From: Podarcis melisellensis
Lineage: Eukaryota
DNA: 64,000 bases
Assembly: GCA_964234715.1 (NCBI GenBank)
Contig: OZ174276.1
Strand: one strand, 5' to 3'
Shown one piece after another: positions 24,295 to 36,396 of this stretch. A program made the position numbers and the translations under genes. Numbering within the stretch: the stretch's first letter is position 1; every line of letters begins with the position of its first letter. The notes under the pieces were generated by a model. That model saw only the letters and a program-made list of their open reading frames with translations. It had not been told where the DNA came from and ran no database searches.

Positions 24295-25702
24295 CATGTA
24301 ATAAACCAGAACAGACATGCTTAAGCTAGCTCTAAGCTTGGAACAAGTGTCTGAAGCTATCTTACTGCATTTTCCAACCAATTTAGCATATATTATCGTT
24401 GCTGCTGCATGAAACAATGCAGACCTTGAATCGGTAAGTAAACATTTTAAACTTACTTAACAGTTTGTGTCTGCTCATTGCAAATTCAAATATTTAATTT
24501 ATTCCCACAAAAAGACTGAGCACGTTTAGAGGTGTTTTGTCCAGGAACTGCTTTTATTTCACCAAATATTTCCTCCAAGAACTCTCCCACATATCCACTG
24601 CATATGTTGAATAAAACCTAACACCGCACATCCTCTCCAACAGCTTGGTGAATAGGAGAAGCTAATATGGCCTAAACATATAGGGAAGAGATACCATTTT
24701 TGCAGTATTTTAAGTGCTACCTATTTTGTCAAGGTCAATAAAGATTTTCTGGCACCCTGAAGTCCAGTCATATTGATTGACAGTAATATTACAGTCTTTT
24801 CCCTGCCCGCTGCATAGCAATTCCCCAAATTGTCTGGAAAGCAGCAGAAACAACTAAAAATTTGTCTGGCCCTAATACATTAAGGAGGTGGGTGGGCTAA
24901 AACATTTTCATTTGTTTTGGTCCAATATCACTGAGGCAGCTCCTGCAACAAGGAAGCTCTTGTTTCTATTCCTACAACTACACTAAGCTCAACATAAGCA
25001 ACTTGCCTTCTTTCTTTCATGCTGAAAGCAGTTTTTGTCAGTCACATGGTGTTGCTTCTTTATTTTCTGAAAATTTTTGTTCATATAGTTAGAAAACGTG
25101 CTGTGTTTGGTTCCCCCCCGCCGCCCCTTGAGGATTTGCTGACCTCACAGAATGCAATTCATCTGAAGAGTTCAGTCTGAGGGCAGGTTTATAATTTCAA
25201 CAGGCAGAGAACATAAGATTTCCTGTAGCTTTATGCAAACAAATCATTAAGAAAAAAAGAGGCACTTGATACAATGGCCTCAGTTTCAGTTTCAACCTCA
25301 AATTCAATGCGTTTTTCTACGTGCCGAGCACTGTTTCTCAACCAGGTGGTAGGGGCATGAATATTTTTTTTAAGTACATTAGAAGTAAAACATTAACAAT
25401 CTTAAAATATAAAAACATGAAGTATTATGTTCAGAAGGTGAGGAGATCATATGCAGTGTATTACACGATGTGCACGTCATCATGAGTGCACAATAGTCTG
25501 GCATTCTCTCATGACCAGTGTAGTGCACAATATACCTCACTGAGCAGTTCACTGTGCATGGTGCAGTTAATTAGTCATGTGTTTATTTGTGCTGTTTATT
25601 TCCTTTACTCTTGGGAAATTGAACATTTATTTACTTATTTATTGGGTTCCTTGGAGGAATGGTGGAATAATAATATGATACGATATAATATGATATGATA
25701 TA

Positions 25703-25894
25703 CAGTCATGCCTTGGGTTGAATGTGTTTCGGGTTGCGCCGCTCGTGCATGCACAGATGCTCAAAATGACGTCACGGGCATGTGCGGAAGCGGCAAAACG
25801 CCGCGCGCGCAGACGCACCGTTGCATCTTACGTTCTATTCAGGATGCGAAAGGGGCTCCAAAACAGATCCCGTTCGCATCCCGAGGTACCACTG
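25703..25894. mobile_element. Related Tigger-like MITE inserted in an (ATAAT/ATGAT)n tract
   Basis: TA-CAGTCATGCCTTGGG...CCCGAGGTACCACTG-TA; CpG-rich interior. Confidence 0.75.
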
Positions 25895-27387
25895 TAATAT
25901 AATAATATAATATAATAAGTAATAACAACCTCTGAGAAGTTTACAATAAGACACCATATGCTACTGCTATTACATAGCAAATATTCCTGAATTAAAGGCA
26001 GGTGTGTTGCAATGAGCAAGCAGGAGAACATGGTATTAGTGTTCTTGGAATCTGGTAACCCTGTAAAGAATTTGACCTTTTTCATAAAAGCCAAGGAGTA
26101 CACTCTTTCAGCACATTCAATGCCCAATATTTCATGAACGGAAGCCTCGCCCCCCCTTTCTTCGAGTACTGCACTTGCAATCTTCCAATCCGCCCACCCC
26201 CCACCCAAAAAAAGGAAGACAATTTCAGCTGGGTATGAGATGGAGAGATCCAGGAAGTGAGTCAGCCCAGAGAACTATGACTATTAATGTATTGATCCCA
26301 GTTGGCTTTGCTCACTAAACTCCTCCATCTCCTAGTTAGGCCTTGCAGTCTGACCAGCCCAGGAGTCTCTGAGCTTATGCTGTAGCTGCATTAAAATTGA
26401 GGGAAGGGTTGCAGAAAGAAATGCATTTATATTTTGTTCAGTAATAGTGGTTACATACAAGTCAATATTATTAAAATTATCTTCAATAAGAGCCTGTTTC
26501 TCTATGGTTCTGGTTTTGTCATAATTTGTTGCATTATAATGTTACTGCTTTGCATTTTATATTCAAGAACATAATAATATAATCTCTTATGCAATGAACA
26601 CGTTACTGCAAGATATTCAATATTTGAAAATATACCAGCAGTCCATACTAACATCTGTGCTTCAAAATTTTGCTTTATAATTGAAAATGAGTGGGGATTG
26701 GTTTCATAAACCTATCTTCACTGGGCTCTGTGTATCAGATGCAATTTGGGTATTTCAATGGTAAGAAAAGCATCCAGAAAACCAAGAAAGTCCCAGTGGT
26801 AGGAAAGAATGAGGAAGAAACTCCAGCTGCTTTTAAAAAACTGGAGTTTGTTACTCTTACTAATAGAACAAGAACTGAGAAAACCCTTTTGTCCTCTCCT
26901 GTTGATCTCATCTGTTGAGTGAAATGAGAACTTGCTCTAGTATTTGGATGTGCTCAGACTTAGTTCTCTTCAAAAGCTTTTATTTAGTCAGGTGATGTAA
27001 AAGATTAATCTTCAGGACTTGCACAATAACATCAGTTTTGGACAGCTGTCAAAACTTGTGTGTGTATCAATGGCACTAACAACTTCTGCTGGGAATACAA
27101 ATAAGCAGTGATCAGTCCTGTGCTGCTGCATGGAAAACCATTTCCATAACTAAATGTAGGGAAGGGTGTATTAATGTTAAATAAAGTAGTTAGCCTGCTA
27201 ATAGGGCTTACTTATCATGACTGTTAAATATATAATTAAGTACCACAGACCACTTTCATTTTTCTTTACAGATTAATCTCCAGATTCAATGCTGTGTCCC
27301 CCATCTCCTCCATAAATCATAGGTCTTAGTCAAAACAAAACAAAATCCTTCCAGTAGCACCTTAAAGACCAACTAAGTTAGTTCTTG

Positions 27388-27425
27388 GTATGAGCTTTCG
27401 TGTGCATGCACACTTCTTCAGATAT
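27388..27425 (-). ncRNA. Minimal type-I hammerhead ribozyme motif (- copy; sense in PPM1M pre-mRNA)
   Basis: Reverse complement reads ATAT-CTGAAGA-A-GTGTGCATGCACAC-GAAAGCTC-ATAC; helix I is 3 bp. Confidence 0.65.
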
Positions 27426-27437
27426 ATACACTTCTGT

Positions 27438-27475
27438 GTATCTGAAGAAGTGTGCATGCACACGAAAGCTCATAC
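27438..27475 (+). ncRNA. Minimal type-I hammerhead ribozyme motif (+ copy)
   Basis: GTAT-CTGAAGA-A-GTGTGC/AT/GCACAC-GAAAGCTC^ATAC: conserved core boxes, helix I GUAU/AUAC, helix II, palindromic AGCU helix III. Confidence 0.7.
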
Positions 27476-27635
27476 CAAGAACTAACTTAGTTGGTCTTTA
27501 AGGTGCTACTGGAAGGAATTTTTTTTGTTTTGACTATGGCAGACCAACACGGCTACCTATCTGTACATAGGTCTTAGTGTTCATTTACAATTGTTGCTGT
27601 GATGGGTTTATTTACTGCTGGTGATAACTGGCTAC

Positions 27636-28473
27636 TGTGATGGGAAAGTTTGTTTTGCTGGACAGGTTGGGTCCCCAAGTGCTTTCTTTTTCTTTTTCCC
27701 TGCGAGCAAACAGTTAATGAATGGCAGCCTCTGAGTGGTCGGGGTTCCAGGAGGGGGAGTTGAAAAGGAGAGGATTTTGAGAGACAGTTTGTAGGTTGGG
27801 AGAAGAGGGAGTGAGATAGGGAGTGAGAAGAGAGAGAGTTGGTTCTGGGTAGAAACATCCACTCTGAGGAATATACCACAAGCTAGAGAAAGGAATCTCT
27901 GAGCTTAGTGTGAAGCAGAGTGTGTGGTGTCCTGAAAAAGGCCAGGAATTAACTGGGAGGCTGAGCCAGGAGAAGTAGAAGCTGGAAAGATACAGCCTAC
28001 TTAGGTCTCATTCCAGTCAGGAGGGGAGAGATTCTTCTACAAAAAGAGAAGACTCCCAAGCCAGTTAAGAGGGGTGTGGTGATCCCTTGGGTCTGTTACT
28101 TGGAGTACCTCAGGAGTAGGGTTGTCTAAGAGGTGTGTAACTGACAGGAAGTACCACTTTGTTTAAGAACCAAAGTATTAAGCGGCAACAGCTGTGCAAC
28201 AACTGAGAAAGAATTGAAGTGAAATAGCATTATATTCTGAAGTATCCTATGTTTTACCCACTTGTGTCATAAACTTTCTTTGTTTAATAAAATCTTTATT
28301 GTTTATTTGATCAAATCCTGCCTGAGACTCCAAATTATTCAGTTTTCCCTCCCACAAGGTCCCCACAAGATAATCTGGGGTAGTTTGTAGAAATTCGTGG
28401 AATTCGTGTTCTGTATTTAAGTGAGGGCGGGCCCAACGGTGCCAGGGGGGAAAGTGCTGTTGTGCCTGTCGCA
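27636..28473 (+). mobile_element. Solo LTR (838 bp) in PPM1M intron 1
   Basis: TGTGA...TCGCA termini; TSD GCTAC at 27631-27635 and 28474-28478; AATAAA at 28286. Confidence 0.75.
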
Positions 28474-29629
28474 GCTACTAGCATGAATGCTCCTTACTCT
28501 CTCACCTGTAAAATGCAAATACTGCATTAAAAGCACTTCGCAGTCACACCTCTAAATTTGCCAGAAGTTCTAGAATGGACTGTATAAGTACGGAGACTGA
28601 ACCAGGGCCAAGAACAAATTTCACCCTAAAGCACAGCGGTCAATTCAGCCATGTATGTGCCACTGATTTTACTGGGGAGTTAAATCCCTTCAGCTGAACT
28701 CAATAGGACTTCAGGTGCTTCACTTTAGCAGAATCCTGCCCACAAAGTCAAAGCATTAAAGGAAGGCGGGTGCTTGTAGGCACTAGGTCACACCATTTAG
28801 GTTGTTATTCCCTTATCATGGTCTGTGGTATTACTACATTGGTACAAGAAGGAGGAAGCAAACTGCTTATTTCTCACTTGCCTTTCTATCCATTCTGTGC
28901 GACAGGATGGATGCTGCTGGCGTCAAAGCACCACTGTGTCGGGAGAAACCAGTCTTGCCACACATTTCCTTGCCATACAACTATTAAAAGTACAAATGTT
29001 CTCTTTGGTAGAGAATCAAGCAATTCAAAGCAGCCCCACATTGCACCATTGTGGTTTACAATCTCTTGCTGTACCACTTACAGCCAGGAACATGCATGTT
29101 ATGCTGAGGTGGCTGCTATCTGTACCTACCTTACAGACTGTGAATTATTGTAACTTGTAAATAACCTTACAATATTGCCCAGAACAAAGGCTACAAAATT
29201 ATGATTTAACCAAAGCGGTCCAGCCCATCACTAACAGTGAGCCGTGGCAAAATAGTGAGAGGGGGACTTGAACCAGGGAACCCAGATGTAAGACTAGGAA
29301 AAAAACATTTTAAATTTTCAAAACAGCATCAGATTTCTCTATCTCCTTGATACTACAGGGACAAACAGAAATGGGCGGGCCAGGTCTCACTCTCAGCCAA
29401 CAGGGGCGTCTGCACACGTGTGCGTGAAAAATAAATGCACTAAACTGGGCAAGCAGGATTATCGTGCCATTTTTTTTAAAGTCCTGGATTTTTAAGCTCT
29501 ATAGGGTTACTTGCTGCTTTTGCACACCTCTAGGCGTAACCTCTAGCTGCTGCCGATTTGGCATGGTAGTCCTCAAGAGGTGTTTGTTTGTTTAAAGTTT
29601 ATTTTTAAGCCGCTGCTTTGCAAGAGGTA

Positions 29630-30090
29630 CCCCCAAGTCATGCGCCCCGGCCGCCCACTTACTCTGCATAGCCCGCGTTCCACTGGAGGGGCTTGTCTCG
29701 CGGCGGGCAGGCGACGGGGCGCTTGCCAGGCTGCCTCTCCCCGGCCGAGGCAGCTCCGCGCAGGAGTTTGGGCCGCCTGTACGGCAACCGGGGAAGCTGC
29801 GGCTGTGGCCGTGTGCCTCCTTCCTCCGTTGGCCGCTGCTGCGGAGCGCCTTTCCCTCGGCTCGCCGCGCTCAAGAAGCGCCTCTTGAACCAGTCCGAAG
29901 ACATGAAGCGAAAGGGACGAGAGGTCCGCTCCCTCGCCTCTCCCGCAGCCAACTGAGAAGCCCAGCGCTGCTCCAGATCCAGGGAGCCGTCCCCGCAGCC
30001 AATGGGCGTCGCGCTCGTGACTCACCAGCACGCGGCAGCCAGTCAGCGCGGCGTTGCTCCGCCGGGTGTCACCAGGCGCCACGCACCATC
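29630..30090 (-). promoter_or_regulatory. PPM1M: PPM1M CpG-island promoter; CCAAT at 29999-30003, AP-1-type TGACTCA at 30018-30024
   Basis: CpG/GC-rich tract over exon 1; motifs read directly. Confidence 0.75.
29663..29904 (-). CDS. PPM1M: PPM1M exon 1 (242 nt): MSSDWFKRRFLSAASRG...PYRRPKLLRG...LQWNAGYAE
   Basis: ATG at 29904; resembles mammalian PPM1M N-terminus (MSAGWFRRRFL...PYRRP...WNAGYAE); donor GA|gtaagt. Exons sum to 1425 nt = 474 aa + stop. Confidence 0.93.
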
Positions 30091-30399
30091 CTTGGTTTCT
30101 ACTTCCTTGTTTTTATTTTCTCCCTCCTTTTCTCTGTCTCCCAGATCTATGCTGTTAGGCAGGTGGCTTCCAACATGGGGCACCCCACACACACTGGGGG
30201 GCAGTTTGATTTTTAAGGGGGGCAATTCGAGAATGAATTAGATCAAGTTTAGGCTTCCTCCACCTGAATAGGAGTTCACTTTTTGAATAAGAATTATATG
30301 GGGGGGGGGAGTCAGGATTTTAGAGATGCTTAGGTGGGGCATGGCCAAAAAATGGTTGGGAACCACTGTTTTAATATTATTATTTTTTTAAAAAAAAAA

Positions 30400-30945
30400 A
30401 AACAGATCAGGGCAGTGGCCCACCCAGTCCAGCATCCTGTTCTCACAGTGGCCAAACCGCATGCCCTGTGGGAAGCCCAGAAACAAAAGTGATACCCAGC
30501 AGCTTGCTTTCAGAGGCGAGGCAGGACATAGCTGACAGAGCTGGTACCCACTGCTAGACTTATGCTCCCTGAACTTGTCCCATCCTCTCTTGAAGCCACT
30601 GGTACCTCCTTTGGGAGCGGATTCCATAGTTTTAACTATGTGCAGTGTTTTCTTTTGCCTGCACCGAATATTCCAACATTGTGGACGTCCACAAGTGCTT
30701 ATGTGAAAGGAAGAAATGCTTTATCTGCTTTCTGCATCATTTTGTACATCTCTTATCATGTCTCCTTTTACTTGCCTTTTCTGTAAACTGAGAAGCTCAG
30801 AAAGTTGTAACCTTTCCGCGCCGGAGAGTTGCTCCATGCTATTGATCACTGTGGTTGACCTTTCTTGCGTGTTTTGCAGCTCTACAACATTCTTCTGGAT
30901 GTGAGGCAACTGGAACTGTACACAGTATTCAAAGTGTGGACCAGG
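30400..30945 (-). mobile_element. CR1 LINE 3' fragment
   Basis: Degenerate VVELQNTQERSTTVINSMEQLSGAERLQLSELLSLQKRQVKGDMI resembles the CR1 ORF2 C-terminus; 3'UTR CCAGCATCCTGTTCTCACAGTGGCC. Confidence 0.7.
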
Positions 30946-33059
30946 ATTGGTGTTAAATGCTCAGAATGATATTTCTCTGCAAGGAGATTGCAAGGATATC
31001 AGGATAAACAACCAGGTTAGACCAAAAATGCAAGTTCAAAGCTTTATCATCTTATAAAATGTTATACAGCTTAGGATGTTATTTCTGTTGTGAAGAGAAA
31101 ACCTGGAAAGTGGAACAGAAATTGGAATGAAGGAATTGCCCTACAACAAAACTAACCCTAACACACACACCAAGAAAAGGAAAAATACACACACAAAAAG
31201 AGGATCCTGGCTAGGGAGTCTTCTAAAGATAGGAGAAACAAGGCAGCCATGAGATCAAAGCAATGAGGTCAAGTTTTTGACTTTTGAAATGCCTACTGTG
31301 CAATAATCTCAGAATTTCTTCTTGTGAATTGGTTCTGAATTGTCATTGATGGGAGACTTTATATATGCACATTTCCTGGTGAATAAAAGTGTTCCCCGCC
31401 CCCCGCCCAGAATCCATAATGCCTATTGGCTTGAGAAAACAGCATTCTTCCCTGCCAAGATCCAGGTTTTGATCATCTTGATATTTTTATTATTTTTATT
31501 TCATTTCTATACTGCTTCATTTTAAAAAATAAATAAATTTTACTACCCACATTAAAACATGGCACAAAACATGTCACAAAGCAATCCAAAATAAAATATT
31601 ACAGAAGAAAGTCAACTATTAAGTACATCTAAAGCAATATAATTAACAGGATAGTAAAATATTATCTAAAAGATTTCAAAGCAAAACATTAAATTGATGC
31701 AGTCTGAAGAATAGATGTAGCCATCTGCCATGTATGATCTAGCTGAGATTCCTGCATTGTAGAGGGTCGGACTAGATGACTCTCAGAGTCTTTTCCAACT
31801 CTGCAAATCTATGATTCTGTTAAAAGAGGTAAAGTACAGAATGCACATTAAATGCAGCAAAGTTAACGGGGGGGGGGGGATACTTTAACGTTGCAAAAGA
31901 AAACATGACTAAAGGAAGTCAAATATAAAATGCACATTTAAAACAACATAATTAGCAAGAGAATATTCATGAAGATAGAACACATGTGCAGCTGTTGTTG
32001 CCAATCCTGCGAATGGTGGATCATGGTGGGTGGTGGCTGTGGAAGCCGAGGCTCGATAACATGAGTCTTTACTAAGAAACAGCCAAACTGGTCTCTCTAC
32101 ATGCATAGGAACTTTTCTTAAAGTAGAGAAGAATTCAGATTGCCTGCATCACCTTTCTTCACCCTTCCTGTAAGCTAAAACCACTCTCAAACTCTTACAC
32201 ACCTCCCACCTCTGGAATGTGGTTAGCTCAAACTTTTCCCAGGCTAAATCTCCTGCGGAAAGCCAAAAACTTCAAAAACACAGCTTTACTAATAATGAAA
32301 TGATAGCATAGAATTTGAGAGTTGGAGACGTGTTTTAAAAGCATTAACTATGCATATATGAAACAAAAAGGCCTCTGACAAACAATAACTTGCACGGTTA
32401 AATAAGTTGGCCCTACTGCTTCTGCTTAGGGTTGCCCTTATAAAGAGAAAAACCCTTCCCTTCCCATTCTAAAACCCTGAAGCTGTGTTGTTAGGGATCC
32501 TTGGTTTTCAAGGCATTAAGGGAACATGAGAGAAATGTTCTGAATCGCTCACAGTCCTCTTATCTTTGGAAGAGGCGCTTGCACATGAAATAACAGTGTT
32601 ACACTCATTGAAAGAATCTTGTTTGAGAGAGGCAGAAAGAGCAACATCAAAAGTTTGCAAGAGGTTTTGTTTGGATAAGTGTACAGCTAAACATGCTGGT
32701 AACACAGAGAGTGGATTTAATTAGAAGATCTTCCCACTGTATTGTGATGTAACCAATGGAAGTGTAGTTTCATGTATTTTAAATTTAAAGCACTATATAA
32801 AGTACCGGTATGTTCCTTTGTTAGATGGGGGTCTTCTCTCTTCATTGTGGCAGTGGGAGGGGGGAATCCAGCTACAGCAGTAAGTAAAGATCACCCTGCT
32901 AGTTGTATTTTAATCATGTCAGCTGAGCCTCTTCTAAAGACCATGAGTTGGAATCAACCATGTATTTGCACCCACAGAAGCCAGCGCAAGAACCCCTGTT
33001 AGTGCAACAGAACTATTCCTCCTCTCCTTCCCCACCACACCTTTCGCTCACACACATAC

Positions 33060-33594
33060 TGTGGGATGGGTTTTAATAGGTAGGTAATTGCAATTTATCC
33101 CTCCAGGCTCCCACATATGTGGGCTAAATAGAGTTTTAAAATCCCACCGTGGACAGCAAAAATTAAAAGCACAGGAAATAGATTGTAAAATATTGTTTTA
33201 AGCAAGCCCAGCTATGAAGTAAAGTGGCTCTCCCTTTCTCACCCTGCTTCACAAAGAATCAGGAAACAACTTGGGAAGTAAGTTTCAAATAAGATTTACT
33301 TACTTTAAAATCATGCATTGATTCACAGCAATGGCAGCTGTAAAAACTATGCAGGCAAAATACTTACATTCACAGTATAACCAGTTTCAGGCACATACCT
33401 AAATCTGGAGCATGCACGGGGTACACCTGCCCTCATGGTTGGTCAAAGAAAGGAAGGGGGGAAGAAGGAACAGAGGGGAAATGACATCACACAGAGTGTC
33501 TGCCTGTCAGCAGTACAGTTCTGTGGACTTAGCCCTTTCACATGCTAACTAGCAATAATACGCATTTGTTAGGTTTGGCTGCTAATCTCCCACA
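33060..33594. mobile_element. Solo LTR (535 bp)
   Basis: TGTGGGA...TCCCACA termini; TSD CATAC at 33055-33059 and 33595-33599. Confidence 0.75.
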
Positions 33595-34886
33595 CATACC
33601 ACCCCTATTTCCCTAATACCCATCCTGAGAGGAGGAATCTGAGTTCTTCCATCCTACCGTTTGAGGACTGGATCATAAACTTTTACTTTGTTTTCAATAT
33701 ATTCTGCAGCACCATCTAATCCCTAAAGGAGATAGCACAGCAAGTAGAGGGAAAGGACCTGGACAAACTCCCCCTCCTTCATGTGTGCACAAATGCCAAG
33801 ATGAAAAAACACAACGGTGCAATTCTAAAGCTTCCACAATCCTTAAATTACTGCCTGGTCTAATCCATTAAGCAATCTTTCTGAGTCTGTATGCACATGG
33901 TGGAGGAAGAGGAGTGCTGGGGGAGCACACCGCCCCCAGCAGCGCAATCCTGGTGGGGTGACATTGCGGCTGTTCCCCCCCCCCCGCGCTGGGCACCACG
34001 CCCCTACGGGCAGTGCACCATGCACCTAGGACGTGCGCCAGCCCCACCACCACCTGCTCTCCGCCCCCGCCCCCTGTGCCGGAGCATGAAGCTCCGTTAC
34101 TGTCTGTATGTCTCTGCTTCTGTAGAACCAACAGGGGCAGACAGTACTAGATGTTCCAAACCCCAAATAACTATGAAGAGAGAGAATTGGGAAGTGAAAC
34201 TGACCACCAGTACACCATGCCTCAAAAGTGGCAACAAAGCGAGTAAAAATAAACAGGGGAAAATAAACCAAGACCGCAACCCTATGCATGTGTGAGTCAA
34301 TAAACCTCACTGAATTTCTGCAGAGGATTGAGATGCTGTGGAAAAGTTGATTTTTCTGCTAACAGCAGATAGGAATTACTTTGCTTTCTTTTGTATTTCA
34401 GAGGTTAGATTGCCCCTGAGATTCTCCCACCTCTTGCTATGAAGGTTTGATCATGTGGAACTGAAAGCAGAGGTGGGTCATTAGCAACACAGATGAGCAT
34501 TCTGGTTTGTGTAAATTTTGCTTTCTGATTACACCCTTTATGAAAATAAAAGCTGCCATAACCTTCCTGGAACAAGAGCCTCTCTCCAGCCAGCTGCTCC
34601 AAGTCAACATCACAGAATCTTAGCAGTTCATTATCACATGATTACTTCAGCTACTTAAGCAGCTAGGCACACACTGTCTTTGTTTTATTGTGAATGAATC
34701 GCTTTTCACATGCTTCAGACTGATAGGTTTTGAAGCAATGCAAATAAACACTCAAATTGTATCATGAGAGAGAAGACATTTTGGACTATTGCCATCAAAA
34801 CAGGAGTGTCTTGTCACACATTAGAAATGAAAACATTTCTTGTGGCAAAGGTTTTCATAGACTAGAATAGAGCTTACCTCAATCAG

Positions 34887-35662
34887 TGTCCGGGAAGAAG
34901 AAGAAGAATTTGGATTTGATATCCCGTTTATCACCACCCGAAGGAGTCTCAAAGCGGCTAACATTCTCCTTCCCTTCCTCCCCCACCACAAACACTCTGT
35001 GAGGTGAGTGGGGCTGAGAGACTTCAGAGAAGTATGACTAGCCCAAGGTCACCCAGCAGCTGCATGTGGAGGAGTGGAGACGCAAACCCGGTTCCCCAGA
35101 TTACGAGTCCACCATTCTTAACCACTACACCACACTGGCTCACCAGGAACTGGCTGGGAGCTGAGAAATGGCTGGAAGGGCCAGCCACGGAATCCTCAAG
35201 GGAAACTCCAGACTCAGAGCCTGGGGATTGGTGGAGGGACAATGAGAAGAGGTCAGAGGGAGAAGATTGGGAGGAGGTGCTGGAGGGACAACAGGGTTTA
35301 GTCAGCAAGAGGAACCAGACTCGAAGGCTGAAGGTGGGGGGCAGGGTCAAGAGGCTGCTGAAGTATCCTGGGAGTCTCCCTCTCTGGCTGTGACCAGCTC
35401 CCTTTCCTACACAGGATAATGAGGGCAGAACCGAGATTGGAGGTGCTCAGACACAGCTTGAGACTACTTGGGAAACATCTGGTAGACGAAGACTCTTAGA
35501 AGTCATGGTAGACAGAGACCTTCAATCCTAGCAACTCTATAGGTGCAAGACCAAATGGGGAGTGTTGCTGAGTTGCCTGCTGTTTCCTTGAATAAAGATT
35601 TACTTCACTGACAACTGACTCTGTTTCTTTGTGCTGACCTGCAACTGACTCCAGCCTTGACA
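34887..35662 (+). mobile_element. Solo LTR interrupted near its 5' end by a SINE
   Basis: TGTC...TGACA; TSD ATCAG at 34882-34886 and 35663-35667; AATAAA near 35591. Confidence 0.78.
34895..35141 (-). mobile_element. tRNA-derived, L2-tailed squamate SINE (Squam3-like)
   Basis: Near-identical to copies at 42117, 48807 and 60653; (TCT)n tail. Confidence 0.85.
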
Positions 35663-36163
35663 ATCAGGTAAATACAGTGCTATCCTCAGGTGGCAGATCT
35701 CAGCATGGATATAGAGAAAATAAAGATCTGAGAGTAAGTCAATGAGGCTTGCTGAATTGTTTATCCACACCTCAATTTTTTGCAAGGTAAGCACAGTGGC
35801 CATTTATAACAGTAATTGCAATAATATAATCTTCCTAGCTTTGCTATACCAATTTAAGACCATGGTCTTGATTGACTGAGTCCTACATTAATAGAATCAA
35901 AACTGCCGACCAATCAATTTCACACCGAAAATCTCCCTTGATATTTTTTTTAAGTGCTGGGAAGTGTGATGACTTTGAAGTAGACCTCGGTTCATGCTGT
36001 CTCATTGGTTCCTAAGGCCAAACTGGTGGTCCTGCATAACATGACATGAGAGATCTTGACTGGCTCCCCAACATCTTTTCCATTTCCTAAAAGCCATGGG
36101 GAAGCCAGCTGGGACCAGGGCCGTGTCACCAGCGAAGCAACTTTAATTATTTCTCCATGTACA

Positions 36164-36396
36164 CATGGGCATAGCCAGGATTTTTGTTGAGGGGTGGGGC
36201 AGCCAAAGTTGTTGAGCTTCTTTTAGGAAATCAAAGTTGGGAAATCAAAATACCCTGTGAAGAGGACATTACAGGGGGGCTGGCTTCTGCTGTGGGGGTG
36301 GGGTTGCAGAACCTCAAATAACTGAGTACTTTCAATGCTTTTCAATAATGTTTGTGGATCTAGGGGGGCAGCTGCCCCCCCATGGCTACACCCATG
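36164..36396. mobile_element. Older hAT-type MITE
   Basis: CATGGGCATAGCCA / TGGCTACACCCATG TIRs; decayed 8-bp TSD. Confidence 0.65.

Larger units (their letters stand above)
27327..27565. mobile_element. Penelope-like element remnant: inverted pseudo-LTR palindrome
   Basis: Arms 27327-27424 and 27439-27536 with 79 bp of perfect stem; unique tail to 27565; 13-bp direct repeat CATAGGTCTTAGT at 27318-27330 and 27566-27578. Confidence 0.8.
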
